A DNA stretch of 64,000 nucleotides, from assembly GCA_015680685.1 (NCBI GenBank), contig MNCI01001083.1, positions 111,599 through 175,598 on the forward strand. The letters run 5' to 3'. Both the position numbers and the translations under genes were made by a program. The stretch is from Gnetum montanum. Lineage: Eukaryota; Plantae; Gnetophyta. Positions 49,583 through 63,325 of the stretch are shown in pieces. The notes under the pieces are model-generated. The model saw only the letters and a list, made by a program, of their open reading frames with translations, was not told the origin of the DNA and did no database searches. How positions within the stretch are numbered: position 1 is the stretch's first letter; the number at the start of each line of letters is the position of its first letter.

Positions 49583-52500
49583 TGTAACATCCATACTTTA
49601 TAGTCCTCTTACCCCTCGATATATTTGTGTATTAATCATTTATGGCTTTTTACTAGTCTATATATGTGCTTAATATTCCCTTCTTATACATACTATGCTT
49701 TACAAGCTATATGCTTAGCTCTGTTCTTTTTGTTGACCTTTTAGTTTTAATACATTATAAGATTTATTTATCTTTTGATTGTTTTATTTTTTAAAATTAT
49801 AATAATTTCTACTTGTGCTAGTACTTTTATATTTTTTAATAGTTGTTTATGTATTATTACTTTATAGCAATTTTTGTATTTTGAATTATCATTTAATTTG
49901 GTACATGCTCACTAATACTATTTCTTGGAGTTTTGAGTTACTAGCTATTAGGTATTGGATGGGCCATTGGCACATGGGGTACTACTTTTGTTTCATATGA
50001 TATCTTTTGATAATTTATATTTTGTACTAAATTATGTTTGAAATATATTTTAAAAAAAATTTCAATATTTTTTAGCTCATGCTTTATGAGCTCTTGAGTT
50101 AGCCTTTCATTAATGATGTTTTTGAACCTTAGATGCTTTTATTGGATTTCTCTTAGACATAGCTATCATTATGGGATTAGAATTGGTTATTAGGTTGCTA
50201 ATAGAAGATGCCCCTAAGGTCCGTGTAGGCTATAGTTCATGTGAGCAAAAAGGATTCAAAATTACTTTTGGATTTATAAGCTTATTTTAATTTTAATTTT
50301 TCCCTTGAGATCTTCCATTCCCATTCTTCCCAATGATAGATTATAAGATTAACCTCATTTCCATGAAAGAGCATCCATTTGCATTTTCTTGTCAACATTT
50401 GGGAGATAGAGCTAGAAAGAAAAATTCTACAAAATTAAAGAGAGAGGAAGATCTAGATCTACACTATCAATGAAGATAGAAGATAAATCATAATTCTAGA
50501 TTTTCCTTTAGATCATCTTTGGGTTTCATTATTAACATATGATGTTGCCGATGATCTAGAACCTTCTTGGATGTTCCCCATAATGTAAGGATCCTTTCTA
50601 TAGTGCTATTTATTTTAGGTAGGGAAATTTCATGTTCTTATCCATTTTGTTTTGGTAATTTCATTTAGTGCACATTTTTGGAATGATTCTATTTGTTTAA
50701 CAATTTTTTGTTATTCTGTCAAATTTCTTGGAACCAAATATTTTAATATTATTTTTCTAAGTTTTCACTTTTTCTAAGATTTTATATCGTACATGGGACG
50801 TTATTCAATGTTTTGATAAAGTTTGATCATTTTTTTTAATTTTTATCATGTTTTTCCTTCATTCCTAATTCTCTTAATAATTTAGCTAAAGAACTAGGGA
50901 TTTGAACTTTTTATTATTATTTTAAGCACAAGATGGCTCTAGATGACATCATCCTAGAAGAGAAAAATGATTACCATTACCATGTTAGTGTGTATTACAA
51001 GGCATCCTTTTTTATCCTTTATGATTTAATCATGATGGATATTTAACTATACTTGTGGCTTCTTTGAGAATGATTAATCAACTTTTGTAAAATGAGCACT
51101 AGCTTTCTAATAATGAAAAATTATGAAAAGAGCCAAAAACATCATTTTTAAGATTCATGAATTTCTTAAAATCTTGAAAACAAAAATAGTAGGATTTATG
51201 GAAGTTATAAGAAATTATAAAAGTCATAATAAGGTTATATATCCTCATTGTAATATATTAATATTTTCTAGATATGCTTCTAAAATTACAATTGAGCTTA
51301 TATCCTTTTTTTTTTTAACTTTAGAGCCTCTATTTTTGTAACAATTTTGGCATGTTTCTTAGACCTATTATTTTAACATGTAAGATTTAGACTCATCATT
51401 CATTTAACTAAATGTTGATTTTAGATTCATGACTATAGAATTACTTTAAGATTTAGACTTATAGGAATTTGATTTTGATTAAGTAGTATCATTGGATGAT
51501 TAGGTTTGTCTTTGTAGCATCCAAGGATTTTTTTGTTAGATATTGGATTCGGATTTTAGTTTATTTTGGCCAACAATTTGATTATATATGAGTTTGAAAC
51601 TCATCAATTATTATATATGAATTTTTGTCTCATCAATCAATTATGTGTGAGACTCAGTCTCACTAATTGTATGCAGAATTTAGTGTCATTGAATATTTAT
51701 ATATGTATTTTAGAATCATCAATTATCATATATGACATTTAGTTTCGTTAATTATAATAGAGTTTTGTAATCATCAATTTCTATGATATAGATGGGTTTT
51801 AGGCTTACCATAATCAATATTTGGTTTTCTTCATTAGTTGGAGTAAGGGTTGTGGTGGAGTTCTCAAATTATATCTAACTATTGGCTTGATATTATTATG
51901 ATTATTAGTTTCAATTTGATGTTTGGTATGATTTGGATAACATTAGCTTGTAGCTACTTATATGGATGAATATCTAGATACTTGTTGCCTACAGCCAAAT
52001 CCATAATGAAGTATTTTATTTATTACTTTATCCTTCTTAATTTTAAAACTTATTCCCTTTTTTTTTTCTTATGTTTCAGGTGATTATGTTAGTGTAATGA
52101 GGATGAAGTACATTTTGATGCTTATAATTAATAATTATCTTATAGTAATTAGTGCATTAGATTTAGGATTCTAGTTTATCTAAATGTTATATATTAATGT
52201 TCGGCTAAAATTATAGATTTAAATTGTGCTAGATTTTATACTAATTTTTGCTTAGGTGTAGGCCATTTCAATTTGGAATTTCTTACATTTCATGTTTAAT
52301 TAATTTTTTTAAAAAAGTATTAGTTATACAATCTTAGAGTCTAATTTATTTTACATGAATAATTTATTTGATTTAAATTTTCATATTTGATATATATATT
52401 TTCTTGATCATGTCTTAAGCTTTATGTTTTCATTTAATGATGCATCTTTTTAGGTTAACTATTATTTTCCTTACAAGTATTTTTGTTAAATTTATTTTGG

Positions 52501-52768
52501 GTAATATGATGCAAACTATTTCTATTACTAAATAGGTTGGATTTGGAATGCATGAAGCTACTATTACTACTCTTGACAACATTTTATATTTTGATGTTTT
52601 TTCTTAACCCCATGCATCTATAATTTTCATGGATGCCTACTACTTTGCCTATTTATTTTCACTACCATTGTTATAGATTTATTGCAAAAAGTTATAATTT
52701 TCTATATGTTTTATATTTTATTCATTTAATATCTTTCTAGCTTAAGCTTGATTAGTAAGGTGTTAAAA
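49583..52768 (+). repeat. Probable 3' LTR of the Tekay-like element
   Basis: Starts TGTAACATCC after a purine tract. The end is placed at GGTGTTAAA (decayed GGTGTTACA) and is uncertain because the partner LTR is outside the window. Confidence 0.5.
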
Positions 52769-53397
52769 CTATGCTTCTTTCTATCATCAATGTCTTTAAA
52801 TAAGCTACTTTATAAACTATCAAACTAACAGAAATCAAACCTACAAGGATAGACTCAATGAAGCCATCAACAAAGAAGCTAATCATTCCTTCCTCATCAT
52901 CCTATAACTAAGGATAAAATTACCCTAGTAGGAGTAATCTTACATCATAATCCAAAACAATGAAATCTTATTACTCCATGTTAGATAATTACTCAGCCTT
53001 ATCTCTCATTAAATCCTTAAACATTGTAGCTTTTCCTAAAAATTCTAACATATTTATTGTGAAATATTATGATTAGATGTTTCAAAAAAGAATTAAATAG
53101 ATATCTTCTATAAATCTATATTAAAAATCATAAGATCCTATTCATATAATTCCTATCTAATCTCATGATAACTTATTTTCCTATTTATAAGATCCTTAAT
53201 GAGATGATAAGCTCCATGATTTTCTGTATTCATGCTTATCTCTCCAAATCTATTCTTGGTAAATCAAGACCTATATAATTATATTAGGATATGTTCATTA
53301 GTAATAGAATTGAAGAGAGTGTGTTTTTATTCTGATTTAGTTCTTCATTAATTCTTAATCTTAGATCATAGATCCAAGGTGCTTTAAATTTTTCATT

Positions 53398-54306
53398 TGG
53401 TATCGTAGTAGGTTATTTTAGATCCTTGACAATAGATCTCTTTTGAATGGCCTAAAATCATGGATTTGTGTCTCTTCAAGTTTCCATCTTGAATGGAGAG
53501 AATTATGAGTATTAGGCAATCAAGATGCAAACATTCTTGATCTCACAAGATCCATGGGATTTTGTTGAAAATGAATTCAAAGATGTTGGTCAAGCAAAAT
53601 TTCAAGCCTTGAAGGAAGAATAAAAGAATGAAGTCAAGGAGCTTTGTAAGAAAGATGCAAAAGCATTATTCATCATTTAATGTGGGTTAGATTTGGAAAT
53701 CTTTCCCAAATTTTTCATACATTGAACTTGCAAAACTACATGGGATGCACTAGAGATTGTAAAGAAGGAATCATCAAAAGTTCATGTTGTTAAGCTACAA
53801 ATATCAAGGAAAGATTTTGAATTTGTGCATATGGTAGATTTAGAGAATATTGATCAATACACTAGCTAATTTCAACAAGTTTAAAATTTACTTGAATCTT
53901 GTGGATAAACTCTTGAGGAAAGGTAGGTTATTAAAAATATCTTTTAAAGTGTAAGTAGACAATATGATCCCATAATCATGGCTATTAAAGAAGTAAGAGA
54001 CATTGATAAGATGACCATGGTTGAGCTTGTAGGAAGCTTAAGGATACATGAGCAAAGGATTGTGATTATAAAGAGTCAACAAGAAATGCATTTCTAGTGT
54101 AATTTCAAATAATCTAGAATCAAAACCAAAATCAAAGATCCTCAAGTAGATCATCATTTGAAGGATGTTGATGCGGCCGTAGCAATCCAAAGGGTATGGT
54201 CATGGAAGATCAAAGCAATCAAGGGAAGGTACGCATTGTGATTTTTGTGGTACCAATGCCCATAATACTTTAGAGTGTTGGTCTAGAAAGAAATATAAAA
54301 AGAAAG
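53398..54306 (+). mobile_element. Ty1/copia PBS and gag remnant, interrupted by the Athila-type element
   Basis: TGGTATCGTAG Met-type PBS after ...TTTCA; QVSILNGENYEY*AIKMQTFLISQDPWDFVEN, KKDAKALFII, VKLQISRKDFE, ELVGSLRIHEQR, CDFCGTNAHNTLECW. Confidence 0.85.
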
Positions 54307-55519
54307 TGATGAATCACCATTTTAGTTAAACACGATATTTTGTATGTGATATCACATATGCGATATCGCAGCCTATCTCCTCATCTATAAATAAGAGGTA
54401 GAAATTTCCAATAGAAAATTTTTTCAATTCTTAGTTTAAGTGTTAAGTTTTATGTAGTTCTTTTCTTAACCCTTCTCTCCCAATGTATGCTCGTAGTGTG
54501 GTGATTGTAATTGTATGGCATCCTTATTTGAGTGTGACGTACTTGGACATGCACATGATCAGAAATAAAGATCGAGATTACTTCATCATTGTAGCATTCA
54601 CTTAGCTTAATTATTTATTTAATTGTTATTTATTGATTTCTTAGATTAATATCTTCTTACCCTAAACTCCTATTAAAGGTGGAATGAGTACAACTTGATC
54701 ACGAGCATTTAAATGTGACTACTTGGTAACCCAGTAGCATACCTAGGATCTATGCTTCGTAAGCCTAGTGGTATTCATGCACGAAGTCCAAGATGTGTAT
54801 GAATGATTAAGGAATGAATACTTATTGTACTTAGGCTAGCTTAGACTCTCTCTCACCCTTTCTCTCTTACCTTAGTTAATATTACCTTCCATTACAGCTA
54901 GGAGTAGCATTAGCATAGGAACACATCATACACCTCACTCTGGACTAAACCATACGTGAAAAGTTAACACTAGTCCATATGGGAAGACAACGAACTGTGA
55001 CCTAAAGGATAACTATCTAGATACCACAACTAGTCCATCTGTGGAGTTCAACTGGATCATGTGTGAAATGCTTGTATTTGTATGGTTGAGTGTAGGGGTA
55101 CCTCACCACTCATCATTGGCGTCATTTCTGGGGATGGTGCTAGTTATCTAGGTTAGTTATATCATACAAGGTCACTGTATAAGAATTAACAATATATCTT
55201 TTAGGAAGAAATAATTACAAAAGGTCACATACAAATTCACACACAATTTCACAATCATGCCTCTCCTACAAGACTATAATAATGCCACATCTAGTGAGGA
55301 AGTTCATTGGAGAACCAATGAACTATATGACAATGAATATTGTAGTACGCAACCCAAGGTGGGGGTTTCTTATAAGCATCAATGAAAGCAACTTCATCCC
55401 AACGCACAAAAGCATAACTTACCCAATGACGATGAACCCCTACTAGCCACTACAAGCCTAACGCAAATACAAGAGGCTATTCGAATCTCCCATAAGAATT
55501 TTAAAGAGAGCCATCTACC

Positions 55520-56460
55520 CAGGATCGATTTAAACAGCTTCCCTAATTTCTTAGGAGGCTACGACTTAGATCCGTATCAACATTTAAAAGCCTTCTACAA
55601 TTCCTGTGCATGGAACAACATTGATAACAGTTGGAAAAAATTCAAGCTCTTCCCTATGACACTCGTTGGCGAAGAAAAAGTATGGTATAGATCGTTAAAA
55701 CACAATTCAATATGATGGCCAACAATGGTAGAACTCTTTAACGAAATATATCAAACCTACGCAAGAGTGTCAGCCTTGAGGAAACAAATCCAAGAGTGGA
55801 AACAAGCACAACATGAACCCTTGGACATGGCCTCAGAAAGATATTATGCACTATTAAACAACTATCCAGGCCATGAGTTCTTCAAGGAAAGGCTAATGTA
55901 CCATATCATTGATGGGCTATGTGATGAAACAAGAGAGACCCTAGGGATGTATGCTCAAGGTCAACTATATGGACTATGAACCCATTAATTCCAAGAGCTT
56001 ATTAAGTGGGTAGCGAAAGAAGAAGGGGAAATGGCTAGATGGGAGAGTGTTGAAAAACATCAACGGGACCAAAATCTCAACTTAAAAAAGGTCCATAATC
56101 ACAAAAAGGAGAAATCAACCAATCTCAAGGAGGAAAATCATCTTTGCCAACACAACAATCACTAGAAGAAGTCGAGGCAAAGATCAATAAGATGTTAGAA
56201 TGGACACATAAAAAGTGTGGAGAATTTATTGATATTATTGGAGATAGAGTTTTGAAAACCCAAGAAGCAGGAAAAAATATCATTAGACATTCAGAAAGAA
56301 AGAATGAAGAAAATAAAAGCTCAACTGCCGATCATACATATGAATGCAAGTTTTGCCTATATGATCACCCCAAGGGCCAGTGCCCAATCTTGTTACATTT
56401 ATATGAGCATTGGGGAAACATGTTACACCTAGATTTTGTATAGAGATATTGTGTTTGATC
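55520..56460 (+). pseudogene. Athila-type gag
   Basis: DPYQHLKAFYNSC..FKLFPMTLVGEEKVWYRSLKHNSI*..ALRKQIQEWKQAQHEPLDMASERYYALLNNYPGH; CKFCLYDHPKGQCP knuckle. Confidence 0.85.
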
Positions 56461-59199
56461 ACAATGGCAACAATCCTAGTCATGGGGGANNNNNNNNNNN
56501 NNNNNNNNNNNNNNNNNNNNNNNNNNNNNNNNNNNNNNNNNNNNNNNNNNNNNNNNNNNNNNNNNNNNNNNNNNNNNNNNNNNNNNNNNNNNNNNNNNNN
56601 NNNNNNNNNNNNNNNNNNNNNNNNNNNNNNNNNNNNNNNNNNNNNNNNNNNNNNNNNNNNNNNNNNNNNNNNNNNNNNNNNNNNNNNNNNNNNNNNNNNN
56701 NNNNNNNNNNNNNNNNNNNNNNNNNNNNNNNNNNNNAAAGGATGAGAGCATTGAAATTTAGGAGAAGTGTAAGGTACAAAAGGTGGTGGTTGTGTNAACA
56801 TTCCAACAACCATATGGCCCAATGAACACAAGCATGGAGGGCAACATCTCAATCCTTTCATAACATCTTATGGTCTCAATTATCATAGTGGGTCAACTCT
56901 TTATTTGGAAACCACATCTCATAAATTGCCCCACTATGTTTACTATAACCAAGTGTGTGAACCCTAATGGGGTAAGTATGATCAAGTTCCAATATTTCCA
57001 ACATGCAAGGATCCTCATCTTTCATTTATTAATCCTTGCCATGCTCAACCATTTAGTTATGGGGGATATTCCCCATTTTAATAACAAGCAGGATTAATAA
57101 ATATTTTTCATTTTTCTTAATTTTACAACTTTTTGTTTTCCAGTTTTTCATTTTTCAATTTCTTGTTTTATATTTGTCTTTTTTATCTTTTTATAATTAA
57201 TCTCGTCTACAAATAAAACACTCATGTGGCTCATTGGTTGAGGTGTGTTCTATGTTATCGAGTCTTGAGCAATCAATTATGTGGATAGTGAGCCCATTAC
57301 ACCCACTCATCCATTCTACAAATAAGAGGTTCTATTCAAGGGTACAATAATATTCTTGACATTCTTAAAACTTAAAATTAATTTTGTGTTCATTGTAGCC
57401 ATAATGAAGAAGGATGGACCAAGAGGGAATGCTTAGGGTGTGACATCAAGGGAACTTGAGGATTCTCATTGGTGACGTCCATGGGAGTTGTCATGCAACG
57501 TGGTTGTACTAAGATCCTTGTAGATCTAATGCAAAATGGAAGTAAGAGTAATCAAAAGGCACTCAAAAATATAATGTTGTTCTAGGGTGTCCCACTGGAA
57601 AGACTTGTACCCATGCCTGAAGGTTGGTGGCTTCTCTGGATTCAACAATTGAAAAAAAAAAGAAGAAAGAAAAAAAAACAAAGGAAGTGCCAAAAAACAA
57701 AAATCACTCCTCCCTTGAACAAAATGCCAAGTGATCGTATGCCTTGTTGTTCTAGTACTCTCATAGTCACTCATCATGGGATGAAACAATCTAGTGTCGC
57801 TAATCAGAGGAATGGACTTGATCCTGATCTTAGAACGATGGGTTAATGACACATTAATCGTGCTTTACATGTAGGATTCATTGTGCCCTGGGTTAGTTAC
57901 CTCATGTCCCAATCTCTACAATTCCTTCTATAGTGTGTCTCATCTCACTATTCATGTAATTTTAGCTTGTGTCATGTGTAACATAGAATTCTCACCTCAT
58001 TCCAGTGATATGTACATGTGTGTGTTTTGTGGAACTAGTGTGGATTACATTTAACCCTTTGAGTACCCATGGACACTTTTAAGTGTGGTTAAGCAAGGGC
58101 ATTAAAGGTTGGAACTTGCTTTGGGGAGGACCCACTTACATAATTTTTGTAAGTGCACTCATGACCCATCTTCCACATACCATTTATTACCCTTAGCATT
58201 TTTCTAATGATTTTCTTTCCCTTATTACTTTCCCTTCGATTCAACGTTCTTATGAACCATCACATAGCCTTTTTCTCTACCATCCAAGGTTCTTATTAAT
58301 AAATTCCACACCACCATAATTTTTGTGCCTTTAGAACTAGTTGAATTACCCTAGAACCCTTTAACAATCATCCAGATGTCCTTAGTTTACATCGTTTAAT
58401 TTCAATGAAATATTAAACATTCGGTACATTCTTTAAGTGCCCTAAACATCGATAGGCCGCGATATCGCATACGTAATATCTCGTCACATTATCCTATAAA
58501 TAGGGGACCCCCCCGCAACACTTAACATAATTTTCCATAATTCACGCAAGGGAGTTTTTCAAATTTTTCTCTATAACTTGCGATTGTTAGACCCTTACTT
58601 TTCTACCTATATCTTGCTCGCTGGTACTCCGATTTTTATTCCATCCGAACCTACTTGAACTCAGAGTGTTTAGCTTGGTTGTGGGCAAGGGACACATACT
58701 GAATAGCCCATAAATTTTTTTTGGAATTTTTCATTGCCAAAAGGACATTATCAAGGATAATTAGTTATAGTATTAAGGATAGTTGTGCTGAAAATAATTT
58801 CACCCTCTTTAGGTTTACCAGGAAACTAAAATTAGAAACCACCTAAGTAAAAAGGACTTACTATTATAATCTTTTGGGAAATATCACACGGAGATAAATA
58901 AATTAATTAAGGCAAGAAGTAAGGTATAAACTCACTTTGGAAACAACTTTACTAATGCTTGGCCCCATGTGATTGCAAATGGCCCCAAAACGTGGACAAC
59001 AGGAAGGTCCTACTCAAGGTGGAAGCAAATGACCTAGGAGAGGCAAAGAACAAGTCCCTACGAGACAACATGCAGAGCAGGAGGAATAATCATTTAGCAT
59101 TCATCAAGAGGACCCTGCTATTGTACAGTCCAGGCAAGTAGAAGGAGGAGCTATTGTAGTGCCTAAACAGGGACAACATCTCACGTTGCCCCTGGATTG

Positions 59200-59836
59200 T
59201 GTTTAGGTTATCCATGAAAGGTCGACATTCACTGTGGTGATTATGGAATTAAATTTAAAATCTTTCACAAAGTTTTCTCTTGAGGTTGTTAGGGACCACC
59301 TCAGAGGGTCTCCCTGATGGCCTATCCTCTCTGAAAGTGGTTCCTGGTACCTAGGGGAAACATACCAATTCTGGCACAATAGAGAATAAGGAAACACTGT
59401 TAACATTTGTGGTGTGATAGTCGATTTCTCTGTGTAAGCCATTTTAAAAGTATTATACCTTCTAAATACAGGGCCCAAGGTTTCTTAGTTATCTACTTGT
59501 TTAGACCCTGATGTGCTATGAATTTGGTTGGAAAGGGCATATGGCAGGGAAAAGACATTTGGAGAGTTGACAATGGAAGAAAGGATCTATTTCAAAATTG
59601 GAATGTATCATCTCTTCCCCATGAAGGGCCTAAAAAGGATTTCAACATATGAGGCAAGGGGATGTGTAGTGCTGATGAGAAAGGTTAATGCTAACCTACC
59701 TCATCTATATTTCACAGAGATGCTAAGGCGGTTTGAAGAATGGAAGACAGGGAAACTTACCTTACCCTTCCCTTGTCTTATCAGAATGTTGTGCCAACAT
59801 GCTGGTATTAGAGGATACACTAATGATGTCCTCTAA
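59200..59836 (+). pseudogene. Athila env-like / Transposase_32-like accessory ORF remnant
   Basis: VNICGVIVDFS, HLFPMKGLKRIS, NLPHLYFTEM, LPFPCLIRMLCQHAGI (LPFP.LIT.LC..AGV motif). Confidence 0.72.
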
Positions 59837-61269
59837 TACCTCTTTAACAATTCAGCATATAAGATCTCATTAAAGAATTAGAGGAAATAATTCTGCGTAT
59901 AAGATCACATTAAAGAATCATTCAATGTACCTGTTGTGCCACTGGCAGATCTCACAGGAGCACAAGATGCTCAAACTTTGGCAGAACCTCAATGATTCCT
60001 ACGGAACATGAGGATGCACTTGATTGATTACTACAAATAGGAAAAGTAATGATTTCCCTATTTGACATACCTAAAGATGTTACAACAATTTAATCAAACC
60101 TCATTACCAATAAGGGGAAGCTAGTCTTGACAAAGGTGAGGGTCGAGCATGTTGAAGTAGAAAATTACAAGAAAACGTTATAGCCCTACAAGTAGAATAG
60201 TGGGAACCTTTACAATTTGTTCCCGTAGACTAGTTGGATAGTTTCAAAATTGAGCAATTAACCAAACTACTAACTATTGGCGACCATTTGGGACGCGACT
60301 GCCAACGAGTGTCCTCGAACAGGATTTAGGTGCCTGCTGGTCTCTGGAAACACCAAGGCCCAGATACCTCCAAATAAACTCAGTAGTTAATGTGAGTATG
60401 TGTGTGTGCTGTTGCGGCATGTGGTTGTGAGAAATGTAACGATTGCATTGTACATAAACTACAAATGACTTACTTTAAAGAGATTCAGCCAACTTTGCCN
60501 NNNNNNNNNNNNNNNNNNNNNNNNNNNNNNNNNNNNNNNNNNNNNNNNNNNNNNNNNNNNNNNNNNNNNNNNNNNNNNNNNNNNNNNNNNNNNNNNNNNN
60601 NNNNNNNNNNNNNNNNNNNNNNNNNNNNNNNNNNNNNNNNNNNNNNNNNNNNNNNNNNNNNNNNNNNNNNNNNNNNNNNNNNNNNNNNNNNNNNNNNNNN
60701 NNNNNNNNNNNNNNNNNNNNNNNNNNNNNNNNNNNNNNNNNNNNNNNNNNNNNNNNNNNNNNNNNNNNNNNNNNNNNNNNNNNNNNNNNNNNNNNNNNNN
60801 NNNNNNNNNNNNNNNNNNNNNNNNNNNNNNNNNNNNNNNNNNNNNNNNNNNNNNNNNNNNNNNNNNNNNNNNNNNNNNNNNNNNNNNNNNNNNNNNNNNN
60901 NNNNNNNNNNNNNNNNNNNNNNNNNNNNNNNNNNNNNNNNNNNNNNNNNNNNNNNNNNNNNNNNNNNNNNNNNNNNNNNNNNNNNNNNNNNNNNNNNNNN
61001 NNNNNNNNNNNNNNNNNNNNNNNNNNNNNNNNNNNNNNNNNNNNNNNNNNNNNNNNNNNNNNNNNNNNNNNNNNNNNNNNNNNNNNNNNNNNNNNNNNNN
61101 NTAACTCACAGGACCATGATAAAGAGGCTGCAATCTTTTCTTTAGCAAGCCATCTTTCAAGAAATCTTCTTTACAAATCTTCCAAGTGTGATGTGAGACT
61201 TCCTTGATATGTGAAGTCCTTCCTTCTCCTCCTTGACCCTTGAAGCCTTTTTATAGGGTTCCAAGGTAG

Positions 61270-61675
61270 GTAGGGAAGTTACATATTCAAAAATATCTCA
61301 CCTAACTTCTCTCCCAAGTAACCTGGCCAACCAATTAGGAGATTACTTGCCCAACAAGTTAGGAGGTTACTTGCCCAACAAGTTAGGTAAGTTACAACAA
61401 TTTTGGGTGGTTTCAACCATGAAAGAGATAAAAATGCTACATCTGACATGTGTCCCATGTAATTGCCAAGTGTCTTCATTTAGTTTCCAAGTGTCTTCAT
61501 TGAGTTGCCAAGTGTCTTCATTCAGTCGCTAAGTGTTCACCATGGAGAGAAACAAGTTGCAGTTGACACGTGTCCCATGTAGTTGACAAGTGGCCTTTCA
61601 GTCGCCAAGTGTCTTCGTTTAGTTGACAAGTGGCCATTTTGGAGACAAAAAGGCTATAGTTGACAAGTGGCCTTG
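61270..61675. repeat. Short degenerate tandem repeats (TTACTTGCCCAACAAGTTAG twice; AGTTG(A/C)CAAGTG units of about 20 bp), probably transposon terminal DNA
   Basis: Visible directly. Parent element not identified. Confidence 0.6.
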
Positions 61676-62004
61676 GTGGTGGTTATAACCGCCACTTCAA
61701 TTGAAAGGCTACAATTGTCATGAAATTAAAACATTTACAAGAAATATAAAATGAAGCCAAGTATCTAGTGCCTATATTTACCATAGGTTTAAATATTTAT
61801 AGGTGAAATCTTCTATATGATTAAATTCTGTCACATCACTCTTTATAGTTCTTTCCAAATCTTGATCTCCTTCAAAATTTTTATTACAAGAACTTTCAAT
61901 TCCTGAATTTTCAATCAAATCAAGATCTCCATTAGTATTTCTGGTTTTTGTGTCGAATGAAGCTTCAATTAATCAGTATATCAATTCTCCCAGATTACTT
62001 TCCA

Positions 62005-62092
62005 TCAATAGGATCATCTATTTTATCCAAATCAATGGTGCCTTTGTAGGATAATGGATGGAATAAATTATCTGCACACAAGACATCCTTAT
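62005..62092 (-). pseudogene. Short BEACH-domain gene fragment
   Basis: KDVLCADNLFHPLSYKGTIDLDKIDDP resembles the BEACH motif A.NVFHPLTYEG.VDLD.I.DP. Only about 28 codons. Confidence 0.6.
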
Positions 62093-62734
62093 TTGAAGAA
62101 AATCGAAAGGTAGGGTAAAGAACATTGGAATCAACGGCGTTATTCGGAACATGATCCCATAATTTATTTCCTACCTGCCACCGTAAAACAAGGCCCTGCC
62201 ACGTTGTACCACATATGCATTCGGTTCATAAGCCTCAGCAGAAAAAAAATGCAGAAAGGATTATCTCCTCGTCTTCACTCCTGGCCGCAGTGTAGATCTC
62301 GTCCTCCATCCACGCGCCGCGGCCACTGTCTCATCTGCCCGTCGCTTGCCATATGTCCTGCTATTTCTGGAGCACACACAGGTGCTCGCACTGGTGCTCG
62401 CGGCACAACAACTCGTGCATAAGACGGTGCTCAGACTAGTGCACACGAAGACGGCAACGGCAGAGACCAGAACAACTCCCGTAGCGGTGCTCACGGCCGT
62501 TGCAGTGACGGCGGCGGAAGCAAGATGATCTTCACCGCAGGTGCCCATCAACAAGGGTTTTAAGGGTTTGCAGGCAGTGGATTTGCCTTTCCCTATAAAT
62601 GTTATTGCATTGAACAAGGTTGTTGAGAGGGTTTCAAAAAATTCCGGCAAAAATATTCGAAGAGAGGAAGCCATCATATCCAGCTTCTCCGCAGGCAATT
62701 TCAAAATGTTTCCTTCCACCCTCAGCTCTGAGGA

Positions 62735-63075
62735 ATATATGTCCACAGGAACAGAAATGCAATTCAAACCGCGGTTATTCTTCCTAGATAATTTTGAATG
62801 ATGGTCCAAGTAAATCACAATAACTGTAATGTCATCATGGAAATGGCATTGAATGCCTTTGTCAATCTCTCTAAGGTCTGAATATCTCATTTCCCACTTC
62901 CTTGCTGCACGTTCGAGAGCAGCTCTAACCAACCTTTTTGCGATACCCATTCGTGGATTATTGTGCACAATGTCAACTACCTGATCATTTGAAAGTTGTT
63001 CCCATAAGCCATCCGATGCGAATATAAGAAATCTGTCCTGAGGTGTAAGCTCCCTCACATGTATAGATGGTTCCA
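62735..63075 (-). pseudogene. 5'-truncated, intron-free protein phosphatase 2C (clade D) fragment fused in frame to unrelated sequence
   Basis: ORF 62261-63100: [95 protein letters not shown]. The N-terminal catalytic half is absent. Confidence 0.88.
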
Positions 63076-63226
63076 GTGATTCCGAGAAAACCAGGTTCAT
63101 CCTATCGGTGTCCCCTCAGTGCCACAGCCGTTAATTTAATTGATTTTGCATGCTTTTGTGCTCTAGTTTATTGTATAGCATACTCCCATGGATAGGCCCT
63201 TTTTTTAAATGATAATTTAAGGTTTT

Positions 63227-63325
63227 GTTTTTGTCCGAATGCCAACAAGGAATGAAATCCCATGGAATGGTAAGATTTTCGCATATGGACAACATGGTCC
63301 TTGGAAGGAGGCTCTACAACCTTTG
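63227..63325 (+). pseudogene. PLS-class PPR gene fragment (about one motif)
   Basis: VFVRMPTRNEIPWNGKIFAYGQHGPWKEALQ compared with the consensus VFD.MP.RNVVSWNAMI.AY.QHG...EALQ. Confidence 0.65.

Larger units (their letters stand above)
54307..60499 (+). mobile_element. Athila-type gypsy element: 5' LTR (54307-55115), PBS, gag, env-like accessory ORF; pol not seen; runs into N-gap
   Basis: LTR TGATGAA...CTCATCA followed by TTGGCGTCATTTCTGGGGA (decayed TGGCGCCGTTGCCGGGGA Asp-type PBS), then gag and accessory ORF remnants. Confidence 0.82.

Noticed and set aside
56283-61160. Long ORFs containing X runs (also 15599-15988)
   Set aside because: Artefacts of N-gaps.
62261-63100. Intact PP2C gene
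   Set aside because: Lacks the N-terminal metal-binding motifs and upstream exons, and the C-terminal half of the ORF is unrelated sequence.
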